64,000 nt of DNA from an uncultured Flavobacterium sp. (GCA_964292845.1 CAXYWC010000003.1:8734-72733); one strand, 5' to 3'; shown: positions 53,224 through 62,910, numbered from the stretch's first letter. Notes: generated by a model not told the origin, from the letters alone. Program-made: numbers and translations.

Positions 53224-54825
53224 ATGAGAAAAATCAATATCCTTATCCTTGTTTTTTGCACATTTCTTGGTGCTATAAGTTGTGCTAAGAGAGGTACAAT
53301 TACTGGTGGCGATAAAGATATTTTGCCTCCAAAAATCACGTCTAGTTCTCCGAAGAATTTTTCAACAAATTTCAATAAAAATACCATTAAAATTTCTTTT
53401 GACGAATATGTAAAAGTGAAAGATTTGCAAAAACAACTCATCGTTTCTCCACCCATGAAAACGCCGTTAACGGTTTTACCTCAAGGAGGTGCTAGCAAAT
53501 ATATTACGATACAAATAAACGACACGCTAAAAGCAAACACCACCTACAGCTTTAACTTCGGACAAAGTATTGTAGATCATAATGAAGGAAACGCCTACCC
53601 ACAGTTAAAATATGTTTTTTCTACAGGAGCCTTCATAGATTCGCTTTCGGTTGAAGGAATTATTAGAGATTCTTATGAAAAAGAGGTTGATAAATTTGTA
53701 AATGTAATGCTTTATGAGGTTGACGAAAAATACAATGATTCTGTCATTTACAAACAAACGCCTCGGTACATTACCAATACATTGGATAGTTTAAAAACGT
53801 TTAAACTGGAAAACATTAAAGCAGGACAATACAAATTAGTAGCACTAAAAGAAAAAAGTAGCAACTATAAATTTGACCCCAATAAAGATAAAATTGGTTT
53901 TTATAATCAAACTATTACCGTGCCCGACAAATCGATATTTGAACTCGAATTGTTTAAAGAAGAAGCGGTTTTTAAAACCAAAAAACCAACACAAGCCTCT
54001 GGAAACAGAGTCCTTATTGCGTATGAAGGAAATACGAAAAATCTAAAAATTGATGCCCAACAAAACGCAAATACGCTAAAAACTAGAATCACAAAATTTC
54101 AAGACAAAGATTCGGTTCAGGTTTGGTTTGCACCCATAAAAAACGATTCTATTCAATTCAATATAGAAAACGGGAAGTACAAAAAGAACTATATGGTAAA
54201 AATGAAAGACCAACGCCAAGACACTTTAAAGTTTTCTCCGAAGCAAAATGGGATTCTCAATTTTAAAGAAAATTTTACTATAACTGCATCAACACCACTA
54301 GATAAGTTCGATTTAACTAAAATGACTTTGACTAAAAAAGATAGCTCTAAAGTTGATTTTAAAACCAATTATGACGCATTCAATCAAAATCTTGAAATTG
54401 TATTTACTAAAGAACCCGAAGAAAAATACAAACTTTTACTATTGCCCAATGCCATTGAAGACTATCTAGGACAAAAAAATGACAGCCTAAAATATAGTTT
54501 TTCTACTAAAAGCCTTTCCGATTACGGAAACTTGAAACTGAATTTGCAAAATGTAAAATCATATCCTGTTATTATTGAACTAACCGACAAAACAGGTAAA
54601 GTTTTAGCTTCAGAATATACTGAAGAGAATCCAACTGTTGAGTTTCTTCTGCTAGAGCCACGAAAATATTCCTTACGCATCATCTACGATGAAAACAAAA
54701 ATAAATTGCGAGACACTGGAAATTATCTCGAAAAAAAGCAACCCGAAGAAGTAGTGCATTTTCCTACAGAAATTGATGTGCGCGCTAATTGGGATGTTGA
54801 TCAGGTTTTTGATGTAAGTAAGTAA
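53224..54825 (+). CDS. Ig-like (Big_5-type) domain lipoprotein
   Basis: Lipobox AIS-C, AKRGTITGG.KD..PP, FDEYV, LIVSPP, NTTYSFNFG.SIVD.NEGN. Conserved Bacteroidota family from recall. Confidence 0.8.
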   Translation: MRKINILILVFCTFLGAISCAKRGTITGGDKDILPPKITSSSPKNFSTNFNKNTIKISFDEYVKVKDLQKQLIVSPPMKTPLTVLPQGGASKYITIQINDTLKANTTYSFNFGQSIVDHNEGNAYPQLKYVFSTGAFIDSLSVEGIIRDSYEKEVDKFVNVMLYEVDEKYNDSVIYKQTPRYITNTLDSLKTFKLENIKAGQYKLVALKEKSSNYKFDPNKDKIGFYNQTITVPDKSIFELELFKEEAVFKTKKPTQASGNRVLIAYEGNTKNLKIDAQQNANTLKTRITKFQDKDSVQVWFAPIKNDSIQFNIENGKYKKNYMVKMKDQRQDTLKFSPKQNGILNFKENFTITASTPLDKFDLTKMTLTKKDSSKVDFKTNYDAFNQNLEIVFTKEPEEKYKLLLLPNAIEDYLGQKNDSLKYSFSTKSLSDYGNLKLNLQNVKSYPVIIELTDKTGKVLASEYTEENPTVEFLLLEPRKYSLRIIYDENKNKLRDTGNYLEKKQPEEVVHFPTEIDVRANWDVDQVFDVSK

Positions 54826-54829
54826 TACT

Positions 54830-55423
54830 TTAATCTCGTTTTAACCAACCCGTAACACTCATTCGTCTTTCGTTAGTAACCAAAACCTCATGAACGAGTT
54901 CGTTGCTTTTAAAAAAAACAGTCTTACCTTGTGTAGGTGCTATTTTTTGGTCGTTATCGAACTGGTGAATAAGCAATTCGCCACCATCCTCTTCTTGCCA
55001 ATTATTATTTAGATAACTAATCATCGAAAATTGTCTGCTCGAATTATCCTGAAACTGGTCTAGATGTTTCCTGTAAAAACTTCCTGTTTCGTACAAAGAA
55101 TAATGAAACTCATAGCCTGTAATACCAGCATAACAAGAAAGATTTAGATAGGCTATAAAAGCTTCTATTTGTACAAAAAATGCGTTTTCGTATGCGTTAT
55201 TGTTCTTTTTATCTAGCCAATAAATCACATCGTTTCGTATCGCCGTGTTGTGTATTAGCTTGTCAGCATTACCAATTCCGGCGGTGAGCAATTTATTCTC
55301 ACAATGCAGCGAAAGTAAATTTTCTTTAAGATGATTGGCTAATTCGTCAGTTAAAAAGTGTTGAGAAATGCCCACTTTATTTTCAATATAAGAGGCAATT
55401 AGGGTTTCAAAATTATTTTCCAA
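54830..55423 (-). CDS. 2OG-Fe(II) oxygenase, prolyl-hydroxylase (PHD/EGLN)-like
   Basis: IRNDVIYW, FYRKHLDQF (HxD), SMISYLN, GGEL, HEV, RMSVTGW. Confidence 0.88.
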   Translation of the reverse strand: MENNFETLIASYIENKVGISQHFLTDELANHLKENLLSLHCENKLLTAGIGNADKLIHNTAIRNDVIYWLDKKNNNAYENAFFVQIEAFIAYLNLSCYAGITGYEFHYSLYETGSFYRKHLDQFQDNSSRQFSMISYLNNNWQEEDGGELLIHQFDNDQKIAPTQGKTVFFKSNELVHEVLVTNERRMSVTGWLKRD

Positions 55424-55525
55424 GGGATTGTTTGACTACCTGAATAGACAAGCAACGGCACAAGATAGTCTTAATAAACGACAATTGGTTGTATTTCATT
55501 TTTTTGATTACTTTAGTAGAAAAAA

Positions 55526-56035
55526 ATGATTATGAAAAAACTATTTTCTATGCTATTCCTTATTTCCTCTTTGGCAGAAGCCCAAAACAAAGAAACAGCA
55601 AAAATAAATTCCACTTTAGACAATTGGCACAAAGCGGCGGCAGAAGCAAAATTTGAAACGTATATGAATGTCATGACCGATGACGCTATTTATATAGGCA
55701 CCGATGCTACCGAAAACTGGAACAAAAAAGAGTTTATGGCTTTTGCAAAACCGTATTTCGACAAAGGCAAAGCATGGAGTTTTACAGCTCTGGAACGCCA
55801 TGTTTATTTTGATGCGTCGGGAAAAACCGCTTGGTTTGACGAATTGTTAAATACCCAAATGAAAATTTGTCGTGGCTCAGGAGTTTTAGAAAAAATAAAA
55901 GGCGAATGGAAAATAAAACATTACGTTCTATCTATGACCATTCCTAACGACAACACGAACGAAGTAATTAAAGTTAAAGCTCTTATTGAAAACAAACTGA
56001 TACAGAATTTAAACATAAAGAATGTTGCGAAATAA
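55526..56035 (+). CDS. NTF2/SnoaL-like exported protein
   Basis: Signal peptide, LDNWHKAAA, IGTDATENW, AWFDELL, RGSGVL, WKIKHYVLS. Confidence 0.85.
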   Translation: MIMKKLFSMLFLISSLAEAQNKETAKINSTLDNWHKAAAEAKFETYMNVMTDDAIYIGTDATENWNKKEFMAFAKPYFDKGKAWSFTALERHVYFDASGKTAWFDELLNTQMKICRGSGVLEKIKGEWKIKHYVLSMTIPNDNTNEVIKVKALIENKLIQNLNIKNVAK

Positions 56036-56040
56036 AAAAA

Positions 56041-56107
56041 CTCACAAAGATAAACTATTTTCTTTGTGAGCCTTGTGTCAAACCTTGTGTCATAGTGGTT
56101 AAAAAAA
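56041..56107. repeat. REP-like hairpin plus tandem element, may double as terminator
   Basis: CTCACAAAGA-10 nt-TCTTTGTGAG perfect inverted repeat, then CCTTGTGTCA twice, then GTGGTTAAAAAA. Confidence 0.6.
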
Positions 56108-57058
56108 CTAATAAATATTTTCTTTTAGTTTACTAATCATTTCCACCGTCATGTTTTCCATGTCGAAATCATTTTTCCATCCCCAATCGTTTCTAGCAGC
56201 GCTATCATCGATGCTGGCTGGCCAAGAATCGGCAATTTTCTGACGGAAATCGGGTTCGTAATCGATGGTGAAATCGGGAAAGTGTTTTTTAATTTCTGTC
56301 GCAATTTCAGCAGGTGTGAAACTCATTCCTGACAAATTGTAGGACGAACGAATTTTCACCTTTTCGGACGGAACTTGCATAATGCTTACTGTGGCTTTTA
56401 TGGCATCGTCCATGTACATCATGGGTAATCCTGTGTTTTCAGACAAGAACGAAGTAAATTTTCCATCGGTAATGGCTTTGTGGTAAATATCGACAGCATA
56501 ATCGGTCGTGCCACCACCTGGAGGGGTACTCCAACTAATAAGTCCTGGATACCTGATACTACGAACATCGACACCATATTGTTTGTGGTAATATTCGCAC
56601 CAGCGTTCTCCAGTTTGTTTGCTAATTCCATACACCGTGCTTGGTTCCATAATGGTGTATTGTGGTGTGTTTTCGCGTGGAGTGGTTGGGCCAAAAACCG
56701 CAATACTCGAGGGCCAAAATATTTTTTTTATTTTTCCTGCTTTGGCTAAATTCAAAACATGAAAAAGCGAATTCATGTTCAAATCCCAAGCAAAGGCAGG
56801 GTTTTTTTCGGCGGTTGCCGACAGCAGTGCTGCCATCAAATACACATCGGTAATATGATACTTCTCTAATAAATGTTCAATTTGGTTGTAATCTAAAGCA
56901 TTTACTACTTCAAAAATCCCGTCGTTGACTATATCGGTATTTAATTTTCTAATATCGGAAGCAATTACATTGTCATTTCCGTATAGTGCTCTTAGTTTGT
57001 GTGTTAACTCTGTTCCTATTTGCCCGCAAGCGCCTATGATTAATATTTTTGTGTCCAT
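56108..57058 (-). CDS. tdh: L-threonine 3-dehydrogenase, SDR/NAD-dependent epimerase type
   Basis: IIGACGQIG, ASDIR, MAALLSATAE, WPSSIAVFG, YGISK (YxxxK), PGGGTTDYAV, SWPASIDD. ATG 57058 preferred. Confidence 0.85.
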   Translation of the reverse strand: MDTKILIIGACGQIGTELTHKLRALYGNDNVIASDIRKLNTDIVNDGIFEVVNALDYNQIEHLLEKYHITDVYLMAALLSATAEKNPAFAWDLNMNSLFHVLNLAKAGKIKKIFWPSSIAVFGPTTPRENTPQYTIMEPSTVYGISKQTGERWCEYYHKQYGVDVRSIRYPGLISWSTPPGGGTTDYAVDIYHKAITDGKFTSFLSENTGLPMMYMDDAIKATVSIMQVPSEKVKIRSSYNLSGMSFTPAEIATEIKKHFPDFTIDYEPDFRQKIADSWPASIDDSAARNDWGWKNDFDMENMTVEMISKLKENIY

Positions 57059-57173
57059 CTTATTCTGTTTGTAATACAAATATAACGATTTCGTAAAATA
57101 TAGCGTTACCATCTTTAACACTTTAATAAACTAAAAAATAACTACATTTGTTGTTTTAGTAAAATTTTCTGAT

Positions 57174-57755
57174 ATGAAATATATTTTTTTAGTGGTTTTA
57201 TCATTAGTTTTTTTATTTAGTGCCTGCAAAGACGATACTAAAGCACATGAGATGCAAATTAGCAAAGCATTAAAAGAAAAAGAACTCCTTTTTAGTACCA
57301 TCAACAAAACTTGGATTTTTACACCAAGAAATCTAACGCCAGAGTCTCAAGCCATTGTAAACGATTGGACGGATTGGAGATTATTTACTGCTGAATTGTA
57401 TCAAAAACCAAAAGGAACTATTGGTGCTTTTCAGCGAAAAACAAAGAGTTTAGTTCAAAAAGTTGAAGTTTTAAACAATACAATTCCTGAAAAGATCAAT
57501 AAGCCCCAAATAAAAACTAGATTAGTGGCTATGATTACAAAAATTAAAGCGTTACATACGTTCATTCATTTAGACCAAATTCCTGAAAAAAAAGTAGTCA
57601 CTCTAATTACCGATTTGAATATTGAATTGAACGCTTTCCAAGACCAAATTGAAGAAATTGTGCGTCGTAGCCATATACAAAAAGAAGAAGGAGAGCAAGA
57701 AATGCTAAATTCATTAAATGGTTCGTCACCAGTTGTTTTACCTGTAAATAATTAA
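57174..57755 (+). CDS. Hypothetical helical lipoprotein
   Basis: Lipobox FSA-C then KDD. Predominantly alpha-helical. No family recognised. Confidence 0.75.
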   Translation: MKYIFLVVLSLVFLFSACKDDTKAHEMQISKALKEKELLFSTINKTWIFTPRNLTPESQAIVNDWTDWRLFTAELYQKPKGTIGAFQRKTKSLVQKVEVLNNTIPEKINKPQIKTRLVAMITKIKALHTFIHLDQIPEKKVVTLITDLNIELNAFQDQIEEIVRRSHIQKEEGEQEMLNSLNGSSPVVLPVNN

Positions 57756-57838
57756 GCTTCGTCTGAAAAATTTAGACTATTTATACTTATATTTGACTAA
57801 AATAAAAAGCCATGACTAAAAATTACACTCTCAAAAAA

Positions 57839-60133
57839 ATGAAATTAGTTTTATTTTGGATACTACTTTTAGTGTCTCCTATAATTCAGGCTCAAATTAC
57901 AATTTCGTCTGACAATGCAGGAAATTATGCCGCTTGGACCAACGGAAGCAATGCAGGAACAGGCTTTACCACTTGGGATTATTGGACTCAAAACACCGAT
58001 GCTTCCCATTTTGCAGGGCATTTTTTAGGAAGTTCAGTAGCTCAAGGATTTGGCGACATTAATACTAGCAACCAATCCTTTGCCATGTACGGAAATCCAT
58101 ACTATGCCGCATTTCCGCCACAAGCAAATGCACAACGTTTTTTAAACAATACGGGGTCGACGCAAGTGGCAGGACGCTCTTTTTTATTGCCTGGACAATC
58201 GTTTAAAATAGATTTAGCAATAGCGTTTAGAGATGGTTATAAAGGAATTGACTTACTGGATCAAAACTTTACACCATTGTTCAACTTCAATGTGACTAAC
58301 AATTTATACACCACTTCAACAAGTGCCGATTTAGGCTGGACTTACAATCAAGCATCTGTTTTTCAACTAGAAGTACAGCAAACAGACACGAATACTTATA
58401 TAGTCATTATAACTCGTGGAAGTGATGTATATAATTCTGGTAACAGAACAGGGCAGTTTTCGGGTGTAAAATTATATGTAGGAAATACCAGTGGCGGAAA
58501 CAATTTGAATAATTTATTTTTCAATAACATGCTATTGCAACGCTGTGCTGTGACCACCACTTGGAACGGAAGTGCGTGGAATAATGGATTGCCAAATGGC
58601 GACAAAGCGGTTGCATTTACTGGGAATTATACTTCAACGGGGAACATCAGCGCTTGTTCGGTTTCGGTTTCTGGCGGCGCGCAAGTAACCATTGCGGATA
58701 GTCACACGTTTACAATCGAAAATAACATTACTGTTGCTGGAGGTTCTGCTCTTGTTTTTGAAAACAATGCTAGTTTACTACAAACTAACTCTTCGGCCGT
58801 AAATACAGGAAATATAACTTATAAAAGGAATTCGACTCCTATGAGATTTTTTGAATATACGTATTGGTCGTCACCAGTTGCTGGGCAAACTTTAGTCAAT
58901 TTTTCTCCTTTAACCAGTCCTTCAAGATATTTTTCATTTGATGCGGGTGTAGCAAATAACTGGGTGCTTGAAACACCAACTAATGCTATGCAAGCTGGGA
59001 AAGGCTATGCTATTAGATCTCCTGATGACTACACCACAACCCCACAAATATTTAATGGCACATTTACAGGAACTCCAAACAACGGAGACATCAGCACCAG
59101 TGTTGTGGCATTTAACCCTAGTTTACTGAACTATAATCTTCTTGGAAATCCTTATCCTTCGGCAATTAGTGTTATTAGCTTATTGGATAATTCGAATTTA
59201 GGAACGCTTTATTTTTGGACACACAACACTGCAATTGCAGGTAATAATTTTACGACCAGCGACTATGCCATTAGAACCAGAACAACTGGAACGGCAGCTA
59301 TTTCTGGAGGAACAGTGCCTGGATTGTATATTGCAGCAGGTCAAGGTTTTTTTGCCTCGGCAGCAACTACTGGCACACTAACGTTTAAAAATAGCATGAG
59401 AACCATCAGTAATAATAATCAGTTTTATCGACAGGCTCAAAACGCACTAACCGAACCCTTAAACTACTATATTCATCTAAACCTAACAAATGCTTTGGGT
59501 GCATTCAAACAAATTGCAATTGGATATCAAGAATTGGCAACAATTGGTTATGATTTTGGTACTGATGCGCCTGCCTCTACCGAAGGAGCTATTACTTTTT
59601 ATTCCATAATTCCTCCCTATACTATTGGTTTTGGAATACAAGGTCGTTCTTATCCTTGGGATATAAACGACGTTATCGATTTAGGGTTCAATGCCACTAT
59701 TGCGGGCGATTATACTATTGCTATCGATCATGTTAATCCTTTTTTTGACACTCAAGCTATTTTTATTGAAGACGCTCTTTTAGGCACGTATCATGATTTA
59801 AAAACGGGGCCTTATAATTTTAATACCGCTGTTGGAGTTTACAATTCTCGATTTAAAATTCATTATCAAAATTTATTAGCCACTACTAATTTTGCTGTAA
59901 ATGCAAGTTCTGTTTTGATAACTACTTTCAATACTGAAATTGAAATTGCTTCTACTTCCGAAAAAATAAAATCGATTCAGGTTTATGATGTTTTAGGACG
60001 TATGCTTTTAGATAGAAAAAATGTCAACGAAAATAAATGTATCATTCCAACTCTTAAAAAAGAGAATCAAGCATTGATCATTAAAGTCGAATTAGAAAAC
60101 AACCAAGTTATTACTAAAAAATTAATTTTCTAA
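57839..60133 (+). CDS. T9SS type A sorting domain-containing surface protein
   Basis: Signal peptide ..IQA-Q, an unknown N-domain, the common flavobacterial TTTWNG..W...ENNASL.Q / YTYWSSPV / YNLLGNPYPS region, and CTD IKSIQVYDVLGR...TKKLIF. Confidence 0.85.
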   Translation: MKLVLFWILLLVSPIIQAQITISSDNAGNYAAWTNGSNAGTGFTTWDYWTQNTDASHFAGHFLGSSVAQGFGDINTSNQSFAMYGNPYYAAFPPQANAQRFLNNTGSTQVAGRSFLLPGQSFKIDLAIAFRDGYKGIDLLDQNFTPLFNFNVTNNLYTTSTSADLGWTYNQASVFQLEVQQTDTNTYIVIITRGSDVYNSGNRTGQFSGVKLYVGNTSGGNNLNNLFFNNMLLQRCAVTTTWNGSAWNNGLPNGDKAVAFTGNYTSTGNISACSVSVSGGAQVTIADSHTFTIENNITVAGGSALVFENNASLLQTNSSAVNTGNITYKRNSTPMRFFEYTYWSSPVAGQTLVNFSPLTSPSRYFSFDAGVANNWVLETPTNAMQAGKGYAIRSPDDYTTTPQIFNGTFTGTPNNGDISTSVVAFNPSLLNYNLLGNPYPSAISVISLLDNSNLGTLYFWTHNTAIAGNNFTTSDYAIRTRTTGTAAISGGTVPGLYIAAGQGFFASAATTGTLTFKNSMRTISNNNQFYRQAQNALTEPLNYYIHLNLTNALGAFKQIAIGYQELATIGYDFGTDAPASTEGAITFYSIIPPYTIGFGIQGRSYPWDINDVIDLGFNATIAGDYTIAIDHVNPFFDTQAIFIEDALLGTYHDLKTGPYNFNTAVGVYNSRFKIHYQNLLATTNFAVNASSVLITTFNTEIEIASTSEKIKSIQVYDVLGRMLLDRKNVNENKCIIPTLKKENQALIIKVELENNQVITKKLIF

Positions 60134-60153
60134 AAAACTAAATAGCAAAGCAC

Positions 60154-60186
60154 AAAAAAACCCATTCTAATCAGAATGGGTTTTTT
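60154..60186. terminator. Bidirectional terminator
   Basis: AAAAAAACCCATTCT-AATC-AGAATGGGTTTTTT. Confidence 0.85.
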
Positions 60187-60204
60187 ATTGACTCTTGTTT
60201 TTTC

Positions 60205-61383
60205 TTATTTAAAAGCTGGAATACCCGTAATATCCATTCCAGTAATCAATAAGTGAATATCGTGCGTACCTTCGTATGTAATAACACTTTCTAAATTCAT
60301 CATGTGACGCATGATAGAATATTCGCCTGTAATTCCCATACCGCCCAGCATTTGACGTGCTTCACGAGCAATATGTATTGCCATATCCACATTATTTCTT
60401 TTTGCCATCGAGATTTGTGCCGAAGTAGCTCTTCCTTCATTTCTTAAAACACCTAAACGCCATGTTAGCAATTGTGCTTTGGTAATTTCGGTAATCATTT
60501 CAGCTAATTTCTTTTGTTGCAATTGTGTTCCAGCAATAGGTTTGTCAAACTGAATACGCTCTTTTGCATAGCGTAAAGCTGTATCATAACAATCCATAGC
60601 TGCTCCAATAGCGCCCCATGCAATACCGTAACGAGCAGAATCAAGACAGCCAAGTGGTGCTCCCAATCCAGATTTGTTTGGCAATAAATTTTCTTTAGGT
60701 ACTTTTACATTGTCAAATATTAATTCGCCCGTTGCAGAAGCACGTAGTGACCATTTGTTATGCGTTTCGGGAGTAGAAAATCCTTCCATACCACGTTCTA
60801 CAATAAGACCGTGAATTCGTCCTTCTTCATTTTTTGCCCAAACCACTGCGATATCTGCAAATGGAGCATTCGATATCCACATTTTGGCACCGTTTAATAA
60901 ATAATGGTCGCCCATATCTTTATAATTGGTAATCATGCTTCCAGGATCTGATCCGTAATTAGGCTCGGTCAAACCAAAACAACCAATGAATTCTCCAGTG
61001 GCTAATTTGGGTAAGTACTTCATTCGTTGTTCTTCGTTTCCGTATTTCCAAATCGGATACATGACTAACGACGATTGTACTGATGACGTAGAACGAACGC
61101 CAGAATCGCCACGCTCAATTTCTTGCATGATTAATCCGTACGAAATTTGGTCTAATCCGGCACCGCCATATTCTACAGGAATATAAGGACCGAAACCACC
61201 TATTTCGCCTAACCCTTTTACAATTTGTTTAGGAAATTCGGCTCTTTGTGCAAAATCTTCAATTATTGGGCTTACTTCTTTTTTGACCCAAGCTCTTGCG
61301 GCATCACGCACTAATTTATGTTCTTCAGACAATAAATCGTCTAATAAGTAATAATCAGGAGATTGAAATAAATCTGGTTTCAT
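60205..61383 (-). CDS. gcdH: Acyl-CoA dehydrogenase, glutaryl-CoA dehydrogenase-like
   Basis: ERGDSGVRS..SVQSSLVM, GCFGLTEPNYGSDP, LNGAKMWISN, SLRASATGEL, TYEGTHDIH. Confidence 0.85.
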   Translation of the reverse strand: MKPDLFQSPDYYLLDDLLSEEHKLVRDAARAWVKKEVSPIIEDFAQRAEFPKQIVKGLGEIGGFGPYIPVEYGGAGLDQISYGLIMQEIERGDSGVRSTSSVQSSLVMYPIWKYGNEEQRMKYLPKLATGEFIGCFGLTEPNYGSDPGSMITNYKDMGDHYLLNGAKMWISNAPFADIAVVWAKNEEGRIHGLIVERGMEGFSTPETHNKWSLRASATGELIFDNVKVPKENLLPNKSGLGAPLGCLDSARYGIAWGAIGAAMDCYDTALRYAKERIQFDKPIAGTQLQQKKLAEMITEITKAQLLTWRLGVLRNEGRATSAQISMAKRNNVDMAIHIAREARQMLGGMGITGEYSIMRHMMNLESVITYEGTHDIHLLITGMDITGIPAFK

Positions 61384-61510
61384 CTTTTTGGTTTTTAAAA
61401 TCGATGCAAATTTACATAAAGATAGTTAACTTTTCAAGGCGCAAATCCTATAATTCAAAAATAAAAACACAAGGCAATCTTGTTTGCCTGAGAAAGTCAT
61501 TGTTTTCCAT

Positions 61511-61539
61511 AAAAAAAGCCCGCTAAAGCGGGCTTTTTT
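61511..61539 (-). terminator. Terminator downstream of the DUF5689 gene
   Basis: AAAAAAAGCCCGC-TAAA-GCGGGCTTTTTT. Confidence 0.85.
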
Positions 61540-61556
61540 GTAGAATTATTGTTGGA

Positions 61557-62894
61557 TTAGTTTCCTGTAATTTTCACATTGTCTATTTCCCATGTAGATC
61601 CAGCAGTAGCTGTTGAAGTGTATTTAAAGGCAACGTAAACTGCACTATTTCCTGCTCCAATAAACGACGCTAAACTTAACGCACCTGAGTTTGCATACAC
61701 ATAATTTCCAGCAGATAATGTTGCTCCTGTTAATGTAGTCCAAGTAACACCTGCCGCAAGTGGGCTTCCTGTTCCTGAATAGTTATTAGAAACCTTTACT
61801 TCAATTGGGTTACCTGTAAACTTGTAAGCATTATCAAAAGCTAAAGTTGCTGTTGTAAGTGCTGATAAATCTTGAACCGGAGAAATTAACCAATCTTCGT
61901 TTAGGTTATTTACAGTTGCAAAACCTGACATTTTCATCATACCGCCTGGATTTCCAAAAGTTGAACTATAAACCCATGCCTGAGCACCTGTAACACTGAA
62001 AGTAGTCCAAGTACCTATTCCTGAAGTAAACCCTTCGTTTAATAAAGGTGTAAATCTTGCTCCTGTTAATTTAATGTCGTTTTCAGATCTTACCATAAAT
62101 TGGTAGGTAGTTCCGTATTTAGTTAAAACACCTCTTACTTTTCCACTTCCTGTTGCTACTGGTTTAGACGCAAAGTTAGCATAAGAACTAGTTCTAAATG
62201 TGATCGCATTTCCTTGCAAATCAATCATATTATAGTTAGTTGCTCCTCCTAAATCGTTTAACGGATTGTAGTAGGTAGAAGTTATAGCATTAGCATCAAA
62301 TTCTACTTTCTCAAATTCAATTAATTTATTAAGGTAGCTATCGTTCGCTATGGCTTGTGCAATTGTAATGTGTTGAACTAAAACATCTTCGTTTACCTTT
62401 GTACAAGAAGGCTGTACAGAAGTAGCTAGTTGTTGTACGGTCATTCTTCCCACTTCGGCTCCTCCAGAAGAATTACCATATAAAGACCCAATTCTCATAC
62501 CACCATCTTTAATGTCCGTATAAAGACCATCCATTTTGATTAACACTTTTCTTCCTGGTTCGTAGTTGATAAATGTAGAATACGCATCAGCTGGTACGCT
62601 AAACGCTTTGGTTCCGTCTAGTGTTTGAAATGAGATGGATTTGAAGAAGTTTCCAGCAATATCACTTGATGTAGCATACGCTTCAATAACATCCGAAACA
62701 CCTGGCACAATATTGGCATGTAATGCTACCACCGAACCAGCTGCAATTTCTGATACTTCTCTGTTTTTTACTAATGTTGTTTCGGTACACGCTGTTAAAT
62801 CAGGCGTACTGTAATTGTCATCTTTCACACAGCTGGTTAAAACTCCTGCTGTAAGCGCCATAAAAAAAGCTGATTTTAAAAGTATTGTTTTCAT
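61557..62894 (-). CDS. DUF5689-domain surface lipoprotein with C-terminal cleaved-adhesin/choice-of-anchor-J-like domain
   Basis: Lipobox LTS-C then VKDD. SSDIAGNFFKSISFQ, GRKVLIKM.GLY, LNKLIEFEKVEF, RTSSYANF, GKVRGVLTKY. C-terminal NEDWLISP...LAFD...YVAFKY...WEIDNV. Confidence 0.75.
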   Translation of the reverse strand: MKTILLKSAFFMALTAGVLTSCVKDDNYSTPDLTACTETTLVKNREVSEIAAGSVVALHANIVPGVSDVIEAYATSSDIAGNFFKSISFQTLDGTKAFSVPADAYSTFINYEPGRKVLIKMDGLYTDIKDGGMRIGSLYGNSSGGAEVGRMTVQQLATSVQPSCTKVNEDVLVQHITIAQAIANDSYLNKLIEFEKVEFDANAITSTYYNPLNDLGGATNYNMIDLQGNAITFRTSSYANFASKPVATGSGKVRGVLTKYGTTYQFMVRSENDIKLTGARFTPLLNEGFTSGIGTWTTFSVTGAQAWVYSSTFGNPGGMMKMSGFATVNNLNEDWLISPVQDLSALTTATLAFDNAYKFTGNPIEVKVSNNYSGTGSPLAAGVTWTTLTGATLSAGNYVYANSGALSLASFIGAGNSAVYVAFKYTSTATAGSTWEIDNVKITGN

Positions 62895-62910
62895 ATTTTA
62901 ATTTTTTATA

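Noticed and set aside
56140-56850. Locally higher GC (roughly 45-48% in sampled lines) and C-ending codons in the 3' part of tdh
   Set aside because: Other conserved enzymes here (e.g. gcdH) reach similar GC in sampled lines, and there are no mobility signatures. A formal codon-usage test would be needed to argue recombination.
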